From Candidatus Omnitrophota bacterium (GTDB taxonomy: Bacteria > Omnitrophota > Gorgyraeia > Gorgyraeales > Gorgyraeaceae): a DNA stretch of 64,000 bases. Below the pieces are notes generated by a model. It searched no databases. It saw only the letters and a program-made list of their open reading frames with translations, and was not told the origin of the DNA. Location: positions 39,984-103,983 of the forward strand of contig JBDRJN010000002.1 of NCBI GenBank assembly GCA_043814965.1, given 5' to 3'. How positions within the stretch are numbered: position 1 is the stretch's first letter; each line of letters opens with the position of its first letter. Below are positions 1-9,709 of the stretch, piece by piece. The position numbers and the translations under genes are program-made.

Positions 1-65
1 AAGTAGAATTTGAAGTAGAGAAAGGACCTAAAGGAGATCAGGCTAAGAACGTAGTAAAGCTATAG
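1..65 (+). CDS. 3' end of an upstream CDS (partial, product unknown)
   Basis: Only frame 3 is open from the window start to TAG at 63-65 (..EFEVEKGPKGDQAKNVVKL*). A hairpin follows immediately. Confidence 0.3.
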   Translation, partial: VEFEVEKGPKGDQAKNVVKL

Positions 66-86
66 TCTTATAACTAAATAATCAGG

Positions 87-130
87 AAAAGATAAGGGCT
101 CGATGAAGATCGGGCCCTTATCTTTTGTAT
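87..130. terminator. Hairpin terminator, possibly bidirectional
   Basis: aaaaGATAAGGGC (87-99) pairs with GCCCTTATCtttt (114-126); 13 bp stem, 14 nt loop. A-run upstream and T-run downstream, between the upstream partial CDS and the permease gene. Confidence 0.55.
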
Positions 131-176
131 TGTAAAATCTAGTTATAAGCTATACAATATTCTTAAAGAGGGCTCT

Positions 177-2024
177 ATGAAAGAAAACTTAAAGAAAGAA
201 CTTAAACTTTTAGATATATTTTGTATTGCGACAGGAGCAATGATCTCTTCAGGCCTATTCATACTTCCCGGGCTTGCATTCAGTAAGGCTGGCCCAGCCG
301 TAGTCATATCCTATATATTATCAGGTATAATTTGTATCCCTACATTATGCAGTATGGCTGAACTGGTCACGGCTATGCCTAAAGCAGGAGGGGATTATTT
401 TTATATAATGCGCGGATTTGGGCCTCTATTGGGTACGGTAGCTGGATTCAGCTCGTGGTTCTCCCTGAGCCTTAAAGGCGCTTTTGCTTTAGTCGGCATG
501 GGAGCGTACCTGGCGTTGATAACAAACATACCTTTAAATATAATAGCATCTTTTTGCTGTATATTATTCATTGCGCTGAACCTGTTAGGGGTGAAAGAGG
601 CAGGGAGATTCCAAGTATTCTTGGTTTTCGGGCTTTTAGCGATACTTTTTTTATACATAGCATTAGGGGCCAGATCCATCAGTAGTTCAAATTTTTCACC
701 ATTTTTCTCTAAAGGCATGGGCTCTATATTTTCTACAGCGAGTTTTGTATTTATATCCTACGGGGGGCTTGTCAAGGTAGCTGCGCTTGCAGAAGAGACA
801 GAAAATCCAGGAAAGAACTTGCCGTTAGGTATGATGCTTTCTTTAGCGGTTACTACTATTATCTATGCATTAGTTGTCATAGTTACCGTGGGAATTCTCG
901 AGCCTATGGAACTCAGCAGTACTCTTATACCCATATCTGACGGCGCAAAAGCGCTTGGAGGCAGTGGGTTGACTATAGCTATAAGCATAGCAGCGTTCCT
1001 GGCGTTTATATCAACTGCTAATGCAGCAATAATGACAGCTTCGCGTTATCCTTTAAGTATGAGCAGGGATAAGCTGCTTCCGCCTTACTTCCAGAAACTG
1101 AGCAAGAATTCCAATATTCCATATATAGCAATATTATGCACTGGCAGTTTTATGATAGTTGCGCTTCTTTTTCTGAAACTTGAATTACTTGTAAAGGTAG
1201 CCTCAAGCATACTTATACTGCTTTTTATATTCGCAAATCTCACAGTGATACTTTTTAGGGAAAGCAAGATCCTTAGTTATAGGCCTAAATTTATTTCGCC
1301 ATTTTACCCGTATCTACAGATCATTGGTATAATAGGGGGGGCATTTTTATTGATGGAGATGGGTACATTTATAATATTTCTTACGATGATATTTCTTTTG
1401 TTGGGGTTAAGTTGGTATAAATTCTATGGGCAGAAAAGATCTAGCAAGGATTCCGCTCTTATCTATGTACTTGAAAGATTGGTGGCCAAGGACGAGGAAC
1501 TTGCTTCTGATAACCTGCTTACGGAACTAAAAGATATAGTCATAAAAAGGGATGAGGTCACTGAAGACAGATTTCATAGGTTGGTAGAAAATAGTCTTGT
1601 CGTTGATATAGAAGAACCTTTGAAGATGGAAGATTTTTTTGATAGGATCGCAGGGATGCTTTCCGATAGATTGGATCTGGATAAGGCAGAGTTATTTACA
1701 AAATTGCTAGGGAGAGAAAGAGAGTCAAGCACTGTCTTGAGAAAGGGCCTTGCTATTCCGCATATAGTCATCAAGGGTAAAAATATATTTACTATTATTT
1801 TAGTAAGGGCGAGGTCCGGTATTATATTTCCCGACGATAAATTAGCCCATATTATCTTTATATTAGCAGGCTCAAGCGACGAGAGAAACTTTCATTTAAA
1901 AGTTTTAGCCGCTATCGCTCAGATCACCGAGAACCCTGAATTTGATAGATCCTGGCTTGAAGCGCGGAACACCGATGAATTAAAAAATATAGTACTTCTC
2001 GCTGACAGGAGAAGGTCAGTCTAG
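177..2024 (+). CDS. APC-family amino acid permease fused to a C-terminal PTS EIIA type-2 (EIIA-Ntr/Fru-like) domain
   Basis: About 12 predicted TM helices with amino-acid-permease-like sequence in the N-terminal 430 aa. The C-terminal 150 aa carry the GLAIPH motif typical of PTS_EIIA_2, including the phosphorylatable His. Confidence 0.75.
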   Translation: MKENLKKELKLLDIFCIATGAMISSGLFILPGLAFSKAGPAVVISYILSGIICIPTLCSMAELVTAMPKAGGDYFYIMRGFGPLLGTVAGFSSWFSLSLKGAFALVGMGAYLALITNIPLNIIASFCCILFIALNLLGVKEAGRFQVFLVFGLLAILFLYIALGARSISSSNFSPFFSKGMGSIFSTASFVFISYGGLVKVAALAEETENPGKNLPLGMMLSLAVTTIIYALVVIVTVGILEPMELSSTLIPISDGAKALGGSGLTIAISIAAFLAFISTANAAIMTASRYPLSMSRDKLLPPYFQKLSKNSNIPYIAILCTGSFMIVALLFLKLELLVKVASSILILLFIFANLTVILFRESKILSYRPKFISPFYPYLQIIGIIGGAFLLMEMGTFIIFLTMIFLLLGLSWYKFYGQKRSSKDSALIYVLERLVAKDEELASDNLLTELKDIVIKRDEVTEDRFHRLVENSLVVDIEEPLKMEDFFDRIAGMLSDRLDLDKAELFTKLLGRERESSTVLRKGLAIPHIVIKGKNIFTIILVRARSGIIFPDDKLAHIIFILAGSSDERNFHLKVLAAIAQITENPEFDRSWLEARNTDELKNIVLLADRRRSV

Positions 2025-2157
2025 CTCTTTTAAAAATAAATAATTTTTTTTACCATTTTTATCTCCCTATCTCTTGACAAATCATCTATATGTGATATAC
2101 ATATAATAAAGAAATGTTTTTATGATTTTTTGAAAGAGAGTGTGAAGGGAGGTGAAT

Positions 2158-2208
2158 ATGGCGACAAAGAAAAAAGCAAAGAAAAAAGCAAAGAAAAAAA
2201 AGAAATAA
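2158..2208 (+). CDS. 16-codon lysine-rich mini-ORF (MATKKKAKKKAKKKKK)
   Basis: Strong SD (GGGAGGTG) 7 nt before ATG 2158. The body is a 12-bp A-rich unit (aagaaaaaagca) repeated three times. Stop TAA at 2206-2208. Confidence 0.3.
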   Translation: MATKKKAKKKAKKKKK

Positions 2209-2223
2209 ATCTTTATATTTTTG

Positions 2224-2277
2224 AAAAAGCTACATTTTTAGAAAAGGTTTTTATGATTTACTATGATGTAGCTTTTT
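2224..2277 (+). promoter_or_regulatory. 12-bp perfect-stem hairpin between the mini-ORF and the next gene
   Basis: aaaaagctacat (2224-2235) pairs with atgtagcttttt (2266-2277) around a 30 nt loop. The T-run is part of the 3' arm (attenuator-like geometry). Confidence 0.35.
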
Positions 2278-2293
2278 CATTTTAGGATTTTAT

Positions 2294-2869
2294 ATGAAAG
2301 AAGAAGATCAAAAACAAAGAATAAAGGACATAAAAGAGATATCCATCGCGATAGATACGTGGGATGATATCTTCTCGGATTTTGACCCAAGGCCTATGAA
2401 CGAGAGGGCATTGTCAGAGGATTTTAAGTCAGAGATAGCAAAAAGATATAGGGAGACCAGGAAGGGAGATTTTTTAGTCACTATATTTGCCCCAAATTCT
2501 TTAAATGACGGAAAATCCGAGAAGATCGTCATCCAGAGGCTTAAGAGGCATTTCAAGCACAAGGCGATGCAGAGTAAGAAAGAGATCTATGGTATAAGGA
2601 TCAGGGGAGTCTTTTTTGTGATAACCGGGATAATGTTCCTGGGTTTCTTGACGCTCGCAACATACCGCAAGCTTTTTAGAGATTTTACTATAGACATGCT
2701 AGGTATAATACTTTTGCCTCTGGGCTGGTTCGGGGTGTGGGAAGGTTTTTCAAAGATAGTAGATACGTCCATTTCTTTTATACAGGATCAAACCTTGTAC
2801 GATAAGCTCTCCAAAGCAAATTATAGATTTAAATATATAGAGGATGCTCCTAAAAAAGATGCTGTTTAA
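2294..2869 (+). CDS. Hypothetical membrane protein (2 TM helices in the C-terminal half)
   Basis: ORF with hydrophobic segments VFFVITGIMFLGFLTLA and MLGIILLPLGWFGVW. No recognisable family. Confidence 0.5.
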   Translation: MKEEDQKQRIKDIKEISIAIDTWDDIFSDFDPRPMNERALSEDFKSEIAKRYRETRKGDFLVTIFAPNSLNDGKSEKIVIQRLKRHFKHKAMQSKKEIYGIRIRGVFFVITGIMFLGFLTLATYRKLFRDFTIDMLGIILLPLGWFGVWEGFSKIVDTSISFIQDQTLYDKLSKANYRFKYIEDAPKKDAV

Positions 2870-3401
2870 AGAGCTTATATCTAACCGCAGGACACTCAGG
2901 AAATATTCCTCGGAAACTGTTCCGAGAGAAATCATAGACAGATGCCTTGACGCAGCGCGTCTTGCGCCTTCTGCCTGCAACAGCCAGCCATGGTATTTTG
3001 TAGTCATAGATGACGAGGGCTTAAGGAAGCGTGTTGGAGAGGCTGCCTTTTCAGGCGTATATTCTATGAATAGTTTTGCAAGGTCTGCGCCTATATTAAT
3101 AATAGTAGTGAGAGACTGCACAAAATATATAACAAAGCTTGGAGGATTCTTGAGGAAAGTTAATTTTAGCCTTATTGACATAGGTATCTCCTGCCAGAAT
3201 CTTGTTATGCAAGGAGAAGAAGAATCGCTCGGCAGCTGTTACCTGGGGTGGTTTGATGAAAAAAGAGTAAAAGGTATTTTAAATATCCCGAAAAATAAAA
3301 AAATAGACCTAATGATAAGCCTCGGTTACCCTGAAAAAGAAGAAAGGCCCATCAAAGAAAAGCTCCCTCTCGATAAAATAAGGTCCTTTAATAAAATCTA
3401 G
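2844..3401 (+). CDS. Nitroreductase-family flavoprotein
   Basis: RCLDAARLAPSACNSQPWYFVVI is nitroreductase-like, and the C-terminal GYP..E motif fits. The true start may be ATG 2859. Overlaps the upstream ORF. Confidence 0.8.
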   Translation: MLLKKMLFKELISNRRTLRKYSSETVPREIIDRCLDAARLAPSACNSQPWYFVVIDDEGLRKRVGEAAFSGVYSMNSFARSAPILIIVVRDCTKYITKLGGFLRKVNFSLIDIGISCQNLVMQGEEESLGSCYLGWFDEKRVKGILNIPKNKKIDLMISLGYPEKEERPIKEKLPLDKIRSFNKI

Positions 3402-3461
3402 ATCTTACTATATTATAAAGAGCAATAACGAAAACATTTTCGATGTGGATTGGGCACAGTC

Positions 3462-3633
3462 TTTTTTTATTGGTGAGAGTGCCTAGCAAAAAGCCTTTTT
3501 GTTTTGCGAAACACATAGATAATGCACTACAATTTAGATTGCCTGTCAAAACAAAACGGAGCGAAGCCCAACTTTACAAAACACTGATTCTGGCGCAGCG
3601 TCTTTTTGAAAGGCACTCTCACCAATAAAAAAA
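3462..3633. repeat. Structured repeat element, copy A (candidate ncRNA; see copy B at 59221-59340)
   Basis: A 23-bp perfect outer stem (3462-3484 pairs with 3611-3633) encloses a conserved core AAAAAGCCTTTTTGTTTTGCGAAAC..TGCCTGTCAAAACAAAACG. The inner ttttgtttt/aaaacaaaa stem shows compensatory changes in copy B. It lies between convergent genes. Confidence 0.5.
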
Positions 3634-3680
3634 CGAACAAGAGATATCATCTTGAGCGATTATCATCTCGTCCTGTCCGA

Positions 3681-6161
3681 TCAGACTCTTTTCTGTTGGC
3701 TTTCTAGATAGACATCTATGTTATTAATTGGTCTATTTGATGTAAGCTTTAGGAAGGTTTTCTTTTTTATAGGCGTATCTTTTGCGATACGCTCATTTAT
3801 AAGGACCTTTAATACTCTGTATTCTCCAAAATCAAGCCTCTCTGGATTGCGGTAGGTTATGTTTAAGCGCCTATTTAAAAAACTTGTCTCCAGGGAGATG
3901 GTCCCGGATGATTTGAACTGTTCTTTTACTAATTTCGGTTCTATCACAAGGTCTCCCATGTCTCCACGTACCCCGAAGACCTGTGTAATGAGCGTCAGCA
4001 TAAACCAGCTTGCGGAACCAGTAAGGTATGAATACATGCCTCTACCATCACTATTAAAATATTCAGGCAGGCATGGATAGATATTGCTTAGCTTGGTATT
4101 TTTGGACATATTGTATATGGAGTTCAGGACCTCGAAACCTTCTTTTACGAAGGCCCTTTTATATAATGAATAAGCGAACATTACGTTCATGTGGCTGAAA
4201 AACGCGCCATTCTCTTTTTCACCATATGCAAAACTAAACGCTCTTCCAAGCTCAGGATATATATCCTTAAAATCAGTATTAAGCCTGAAGCCTTTAAGGC
4301 CTTTATCCCATAGATATCTTTTAACGCTTTTATATATCTTTTTTATTTTTATAGGCTCTGCCACCCCGCTCATAATGGGGAATACCTGTCCGGTAAGGGT
4401 CATCCTGACGCCTTTTTTATTATTGCCTTCGACTTTCTTTGAAGAGTTGTCGTAGTAGCCATTAAAAAAACTATAGCCTGACTTTACAGTAAGCCACTCA
4501 TTTTTATTTATATTCTTTTTTAATCCTTCAGCTTTTTTTCTGAGCCATGTTATGGTATTTTTTTTATAATTTATCTTTTCAAGAAGGTTCGATAGCTCTA
4601 TCATATTGCCGATATAGGCAGCTGTAAATGCTACGCTCTCGCCATATTTATCAGCCATATCAAGCCCATCGTTCCAGTCGCCCCCCTCCAATAGGAAATT
4701 ACCATGGCGGGATATCTTGGAAAGCTCTCTTTTTATCTCTAGGAGTATATGATCAAGTACAGTATCTTTCTTTTTGCTTTCAAAATAGCCTACTTTTTCG
4801 AAGAGGATGCCAGTGTCCCCTGTCTGATTGATATATAGGTTGAGTGTTATAAACGGCCACAGGCCATGGTCCATCCATATCCTCTTGATATTATTTCTGT
4901 CGGGTATGAATTCCCCTAGTTTTTTGCCTATTATAGTGGCATTTGAACCATCTATACGTACACCCTTGAAGTTATTTAAAAGTATATTCCTGACGTCTCT
5001 GGGTGAGATAAGTAGGAGCGTAAGACAATCCTGCCATAGGTCGCGCCAGCCTCTCCCGCCCCTACCATAATCAAAATCAGGCAGGAATGAACACCCGAAT
5101 ATCTTCCTTAAGGTAGGCTGCAGCATCACCCAGTTTACCCATCTATCGAAATCATTGTCTTTTGTAGAGAGTTTTGCAGAGCTTACTACATTTTTCCAAT
5201 ATTTTTTAGTTGAGGCCAGGCTTGAGCGTATCTTCTGAACGGAGTTATATTTTTTTAATATCTGTATCGGGTCTTTTTTTTGGCTGATGCCAGCTATTGC
5301 TATATAGTAAACTGATCTATCAGGGGAGAGAAGGGTATTTTTAAATTTTAAGGCGCCTATAGCTTCTTTACCTTGCATGTTCTTTATGTCTATTGATTTA
5401 TCTTTGATGAGAGACATGGGCCTTTCCAGGTTTCCGCTTTCCCCAACAAAACTCTCTATTGTAGGATAGATCTTTAAAGGAGTTTTTCCCAGGCCGCTCG
5501 CGCCTAGTACAAAATAAGAGGTGTGGTTTACTTTATGGCCTTTCTCATAAAAGCTCATAGTAGGAGTCACTATGACCCCGTTTTTATGTAATTTTATGCG
5601 GTTCAAAAGAGAACTTACATGCCTATGGTCTCGCAGCCTATCCGCAGAACGAGCGAATATAGGTATAGCTATAGTAGGTTGTATATTTAATCTCTTCCTA
5701 GAGGTATTTGTGATCTTTATTAGCTCTAATTCTACAGCATCATCACTGATCGGCGCAAAATTTGTAAATTCCACTTTAAGCCCTGATCTTTTATTTATCC
5801 TGGTAAGTTTATGGTATAGAAAGCCTCCTTCTACATAGGAATTGGTAACCTCTCCTGACGCAGCTGACCAAAGAGAGTTATTATTTATCATTATCCAGAG
5901 ATTACGGTTGTACCTGGAATCTCTGAGGTCTTCAGTGGATTGGGGCACTGTGAGGAATGAATGTAGGCCTAGTTTTATATCGCCATGCAGCGTAGGGGTA
6001 ATGGATGAAAGCACTCCGTTGGGGCTGCAAAGAGGGAAATAGAGCCTGCTTATCTTATGAGGGTCTTTTGCGATAAAAGTACCTAAATCATCTATAAAGC
6101 GCCAGAAAGGTTTTTTTGAGATATTTTTTTTCATTTTTTTCACCTTTACCATTTTTCCCAA
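3681..6161 (-). CDS. Large glycoside hydrolase/phosphorylase, GH94-like (alpha/alpha)6-barrel family (cellobiose/chitobiose-phosphorylase-like)
   Basis: 826 aa. Motifs RGGRGWRDLWQD and LEGGDWNDGLDMA resemble the GH94 catalytic region. Family assignment is from memory and unverified. Confidence 0.55.
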   Translation of the reverse strand: MGKMVKVKKMKKNISKKPFWRFIDDLGTFIAKDPHKISRLYFPLCSPNGVLSSITPTLHGDIKLGLHSFLTVPQSTEDLRDSRYNRNLWIMINNNSLWSAASGEVTNSYVEGGFLYHKLTRINKRSGLKVEFTNFAPISDDAVELELIKITNTSRKRLNIQPTIAIPIFARSADRLRDHRHVSSLLNRIKLHKNGVIVTPTMSFYEKGHKVNHTSYFVLGASGLGKTPLKIYPTIESFVGESGNLERPMSLIKDKSIDIKNMQGKEAIGALKFKNTLLSPDRSVYYIAIAGISQKKDPIQILKKYNSVQKIRSSLASTKKYWKNVVSSAKLSTKDNDFDRWVNWVMLQPTLRKIFGCSFLPDFDYGRGGRGWRDLWQDCLTLLLISPRDVRNILLNNFKGVRIDGSNATIIGKKLGEFIPDRNNIKRIWMDHGLWPFITLNLYINQTGDTGILFEKVGYFESKKKDTVLDHILLEIKRELSKISRHGNFLLEGGDWNDGLDMADKYGESVAFTAAYIGNMIELSNLLEKINYKKNTITWLRKKAEGLKKNINKNEWLTVKSGYSFFNGYYDNSSKKVEGNNKKGVRMTLTGQVFPIMSGVAEPIKIKKIYKSVKRYLWDKGLKGFRLNTDFKDIYPELGRAFSFAYGEKENGAFFSHMNVMFAYSLYKRAFVKEGFEVLNSIYNMSKNTKLSNIYPCLPEYFNSDGRGMYSYLTGSASWFMLTLITQVFGVRGDMGDLVIEPKLVKEQFKSSGTISLETSFLNRRLNITYRNPERLDFGEYRVLKVLINERIAKDTPIKKKTFLKLTSNRPINNIDVYLESQQKRV

Positions 6162-6643
6162 TGCAGCATCTCTTTAATAGCCTTTTTTGCCTTAGGGCCT
6201 TCCTTAGGGTCTTTGGGGTAACCTACAGATATCATGCTGACGAGTCTATGACCTGAAGGGACATCAAGCATACCCCTTATAGTCTCTACATAGTCTTTTT
6301 TATCCCCAGCTACCCAACACCCTCCCAGGCCTAATGCCTCTATAGCAAGAAGCATGTTTTGTGTAGCAGCGGAGCAGTCTTCTATGTAGTATTTTGTATC
6401 TTTTGAGAATACTGCTATAAGGCATGATGCATCTTTTATAAAAGGCCCGTTCGGGCACATGCCGCATATCTTTTTTAGTATTTTCTTATCATATATTACT
6501 ATAAATTCCCATGGTTGTTCATTCCTTGCTGTGGCAGCAAGGCGGCCCGCGTCTATTATCTGTTCAATAAGAGATTTTTCAACCTTTTTATCAGAATATG
6601 ATCTTACGCTTTTCCTGTTTTTTATTATCTCGAAGAACTCCAT
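6146..6643 (-). CDS. Nitroreductase-family flavoprotein
   Basis: RKSVRSYSD..IIDAGRLAATARNEQPWEFIVI is nitroreductase-like. Overlaps the downstream GH gene by 16 nt, suggesting an operon. Confidence 0.8.
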   Translation of the reverse strand: MEFFEIIKNRKSVRSYSDKKVEKSLIEQIIDAGRLAATARNEQPWEFIVIYDKKILKKICGMCPNGPFIKDASCLIAVFSKDTKYYIEDCSAATQNMLLAIEALGLGGCWVAGDKKDYVETIRGMLDVPSGHRLVSMISVGYPKDPKEGPKAKKAIKEMLHWEKW

Positions 6644-6722
6644 AAAACCCCCTTGTTAGGTCAATGAATTCATTATTTATGGTAGGGAAGGTTTAGACCT
6701 CCCCTACCATAGTTATAGATCG

Positions 6723-7991
6723 TTAAGCTTTATTTAGTTTTGATGTAAACCTTCTTATCTTTTGTATATTCTCACTTGATCTCGGCTCGAGTAATTCAGA
6801 GAATATTGCCTTATTGTGCCATAGTGGGTCAGTGTCCTTTTTTAAGGTGTTGTTCTTTAACATGTTCTTATAATCCATGGTGCCTGGTATAGAGGAATAA
6901 CTTGCCAATACTACCTTTACTCCGAGAGAGTTTATAAATAATATATCTTTCATGGTCTTATCAATATTAAGCCAGTTTGCGCCTATTAATATGTATACGC
7001 CTAAGTCGCTTTTATTGAACCCGGCTTCTCTTAGATTGCGTATAGCCCTCTTTAAGTCTACATTAGTTACCTTTGCTCCTGTAAAGAACTGCAGGTCTTC
7101 ATCAGATGTCTCAAGAGATAATCTGAGTTCCTTGAAATTTGCATGTTTAAATAGATGGGCCAGGTCTTCATCTATGAATCTAGCATGGAGGCCATTCGGT
7201 GTATGGAATGTAAGTTTGCGTCCCGAAGCTATAACCATCCTCAGGAACTTTTTTATGCCAATGCCGCTCTTATAAATAAGGGCGTCATCGTAAAAGACGA
7301 ATTTATCCGTACCAAACGTATTATGATAATGCATGACCTCTTCAAATAGGTCTACAGGGTCTTTTAACATGAACCCTCCTGATATCATCCTGGATGCGCA
7401 GTAACTGCATCTAAAAGGACAGCCCTGAGTGAGCTGTATCGGGAGCATGTTTCTTTCAAATAATAGGTCGTAAGCTGGATAAAAACCTTTTTTAAAGAAG
7501 TAGTCTCTTTCGAGGTAATCTTTTTCCCATATAATATCTGCGCCACTATGTAGGGAGGCGTGTCTGGGGGAGAGCGTAGCGTATATGCCGCCAAGCGTGA
7601 TCTTTATATCTTTAAAATATTCTCTTAATGATTTTATAGTAAGTTGTACCCCAGGATACCAGTATGTCATGCCTGATGTAACAAATATCTCATCAATATC
7701 CTTTAAGGCGTTTAGTTTGTTTTTAAACTCCTCTATGGATATACCGTATCTAAAATAAGGCCTTTTAATGTCTTTTATAGTATCTGGTTTATCAACATTC
7801 TCTTTTCTGATCTTTGAGAAACCAAATTCGTCTTTACTCCTTCCGCAGTTCTCAAGGCAATCTACAAGATAGACGCGGCTGCCATCTCTACGCAGCGCCT
7901 CTCCTATACGTAGTAGCCCTATTGGCTTTATGCCGTAGTCGTGAGCAGCAAAATCATATATCCAAGGGTTTACAAGAAGGACTTTTCTCAT
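6723..7991 (-). CDS. B12-binding (class B) radical SAM enzyme
   Basis: N-terminal B12-binding-like fold (LLVNPWIYDF..). Radical SAM cluster QGCPFRCSYCAS (CxxxCxxC). Confidence 0.8.
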   Translation of the reverse strand: MRKVLLVNPWIYDFAAHDYGIKPIGLLRIGEALRRDGSRVYLVDCLENCGRSKDEFGFSKIRKENVDKPDTIKDIKRPYFRYGISIEEFKNKLNALKDIDEIFVTSGMTYWYPGVQLTIKSLREYFKDIKITLGGIYATLSPRHASLHSGADIIWEKDYLERDYFFKKGFYPAYDLLFERNMLPIQLTQGCPFRCSYCASRMISGGFMLKDPVDLFEEVMHYHNTFGTDKFVFYDDALIYKSGIGIKKFLRMVIASGRKLTFHTPNGLHARFIDEDLAHLFKHANFKELRLSLETSDEDLQFFTGAKVTNVDLKRAIRNLREAGFNKSDLGVYILIGANWLNIDKTMKDILFINSLGVKVVLASYSSIPGTMDYKNMLKNNTLKKDTDPLWHNKAIFSELLEPRSSENIQKIRRFTSKLNKA

Positions 7992-8365
7992 GTCATATTA
8001 TGTTATCATGATAGAATTTTAAAGGCAAGATTTAAGTCTCACAAAAGCATAGATCATTATAACCATAGCAAGACTTCCCTATAAGCTCAGGTGAAATTTT
8101 TCCCGAGTCCCGAAGTCTCTAGACTCGGGGCCGTCTTTTAAGGAGGTATTTTATATAGGGCTAAAAAAACTCGTCGCTAATATATATAGCAGGCTCAGAC
8201 AGTTTTTAGCCTATATTTAAAAGCTAAAATACTATTAATGAAAGACTAAACTTTCAATTTGCTTATATGGAAGCCTTACTATGGTTTATGGGTTTATTGC
8301 ATGTTTTTGGCTGAGCGTCTTTTTGAAGAGCTTCTGTCAGTCAAGAACAATAAGCAGCATAATTA

Positions 8366-9709
8366 TTAAAGGCTGGGATTTAAAGTAAGAGCTAATTCTT
8401 TCCACATGGATATGTGTTCCATACATAGGTATATTGGAAGGTCCTTGGAGTGTTTTCTCAAGGCTTCGAGTATCTTTTCATATATCGATCTTCTTAGCGC
8501 ATAAGGATACCTTAGCTTATTATCAAAACCTTTCAGGAGTTCTCCGTCGAGGATGGTATTATACGGGAAGCGTTTTTCAATAGTTGTCTTTACCTTTGGG
8601 TTGAACCTTAAGGTCCCTATACTGATCCATGCTATGTGTTTTGGCTTTATCCTGGAGAATAGGGCATCTATGAGTTTTTTATATTCTTTTTCCCATCCAA
8701 TAAAATATATCACTGGATCAAAATGTATACCTATCTTGTAACCTGCCTGAGCGCATAGTGCCATGGCCTCAAGCCTTTCCGAAAGAGAGGATGCGGAGAA
8801 TTCATTTTCATCGATCATCTTTTGAGGGTTGAGCGACCAGGAGGCTACTATATTGCCTGCATGCCGGGCGTTTAATAGATTTTTTATATTTTTGCTCTTT
8901 GTCTTAAATTCAAAACGGATGTTCGTATGGTCTTTAAAAAAATCTATTATATGGAGGGAGTATCCTGTTATATCATCGAGCATCAGGGAATCAGAAAATT
9001 CGCCTGTACCTATGCGCATACGACATTTTTTAAAGCCCTTGAAGCTATCAAAGAACTTATCAAGGTTTGACGGGAATATGATGCCAGGCGTATTTGTATA
9101 TTCCTGGAGGTAGCAGTAAGTGCAGTCATATATACACCCAAAGCTCAGGTTGAATATATTGTACCCGCAGCATACAGCTTTTTTTGTACAGGGGCATCTT
9201 TTAAAAAGATCATGCATCTCGTTGGTGATAAATACAGTATCAAGCCTTTTATTGTAGTCTTTTATCGAGAATCTCTTGTTGTGCTCCAAATAGCTCTTGA
9301 GGGAAGGGATCATCTTTATGCTAGACTCGGAAAATGCTTTTTTAAATGAATTTGCTAGCGAAGAGTCCGAGGATGCTTCTTCGATAAGTATATCTTTTGG
9401 ATAAAAGTGTTTTTCGGGTTTAGCTATAGAGCCCGGATCAAGTTCTAACTTTGGAAGGTGCGCATTTAACTCCCTATTAAGATATCCCTGAGGGAAACGT
9501 GTTTTAAGAAGGATATCTTTTATCTTGTGGAAGTCTTTTGTTTCAATACTGCTTAGGATATTGGATGGTTTGCGTGAATCCCTTTTTGATATCTCAAAAA
9601 CAAGCCTTACAAGTTCCTGGGCCTTGTTTACGCCGAGAGCTGGGAAGTCTTTTGATATGAGCTTTTTAATATCTTTTAAGAGCTCGATATTTTTTGTATG
9701 AACTTCCAT
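8366..9709 (-). CDS. Radical SAM protein, SPL-like family (spore-photoproduct-lyase/COG1533-like)
   Basis: CxxxCxxC in GCIYDCTYCYLQ, with extra upstream Cys (CPCTKKAVCCGYN). 447 aa. Confidence 0.7.
   Translation of the reverse strand: MEVHTKNIELLKDIKKLISKDFPALGVNKAQELVRLVFEISKRDSRKPSNILSSIETKDFHKIKDILLKTRFPQGYLNRELNAHLPKLELDPGSIAKPEKHFYPKDILIEEASSDSSLANSFKKAFSESSIKMIPSLKSYLEHNKRFSIKDYNKRLDTVFITNEMHDLFKRCPCTKKAVCCGYNIFNLSFGCIYDCTYCYLQEYTNTPGIIFPSNLDKFFDSFKGFKKCRMRIGTGEFSDSLMLDDITGYSLHIIDFFKDHTNIRFEFKTKSKNIKNLLNARHAGNIVASWSLNPQKMIDENEFSASSLSERLEAMALCAQAGYKIGIHFDPVIYFIGWEKEYKKLIDALFSRIKPKHIAWISIGTLRFNPKVKTTIEKRFPYNTILDGELLKGFDNKLRYPYALRRSIYEKILEALRKHSKDLPIYLCMEHISMWKELALTLNPSL

Noticed and set aside
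3443-3628. 61-aa ORF
   Set aside because: It coincides exactly with the hairpin-structured repeat element, and its reading frame is created by the palindrome.
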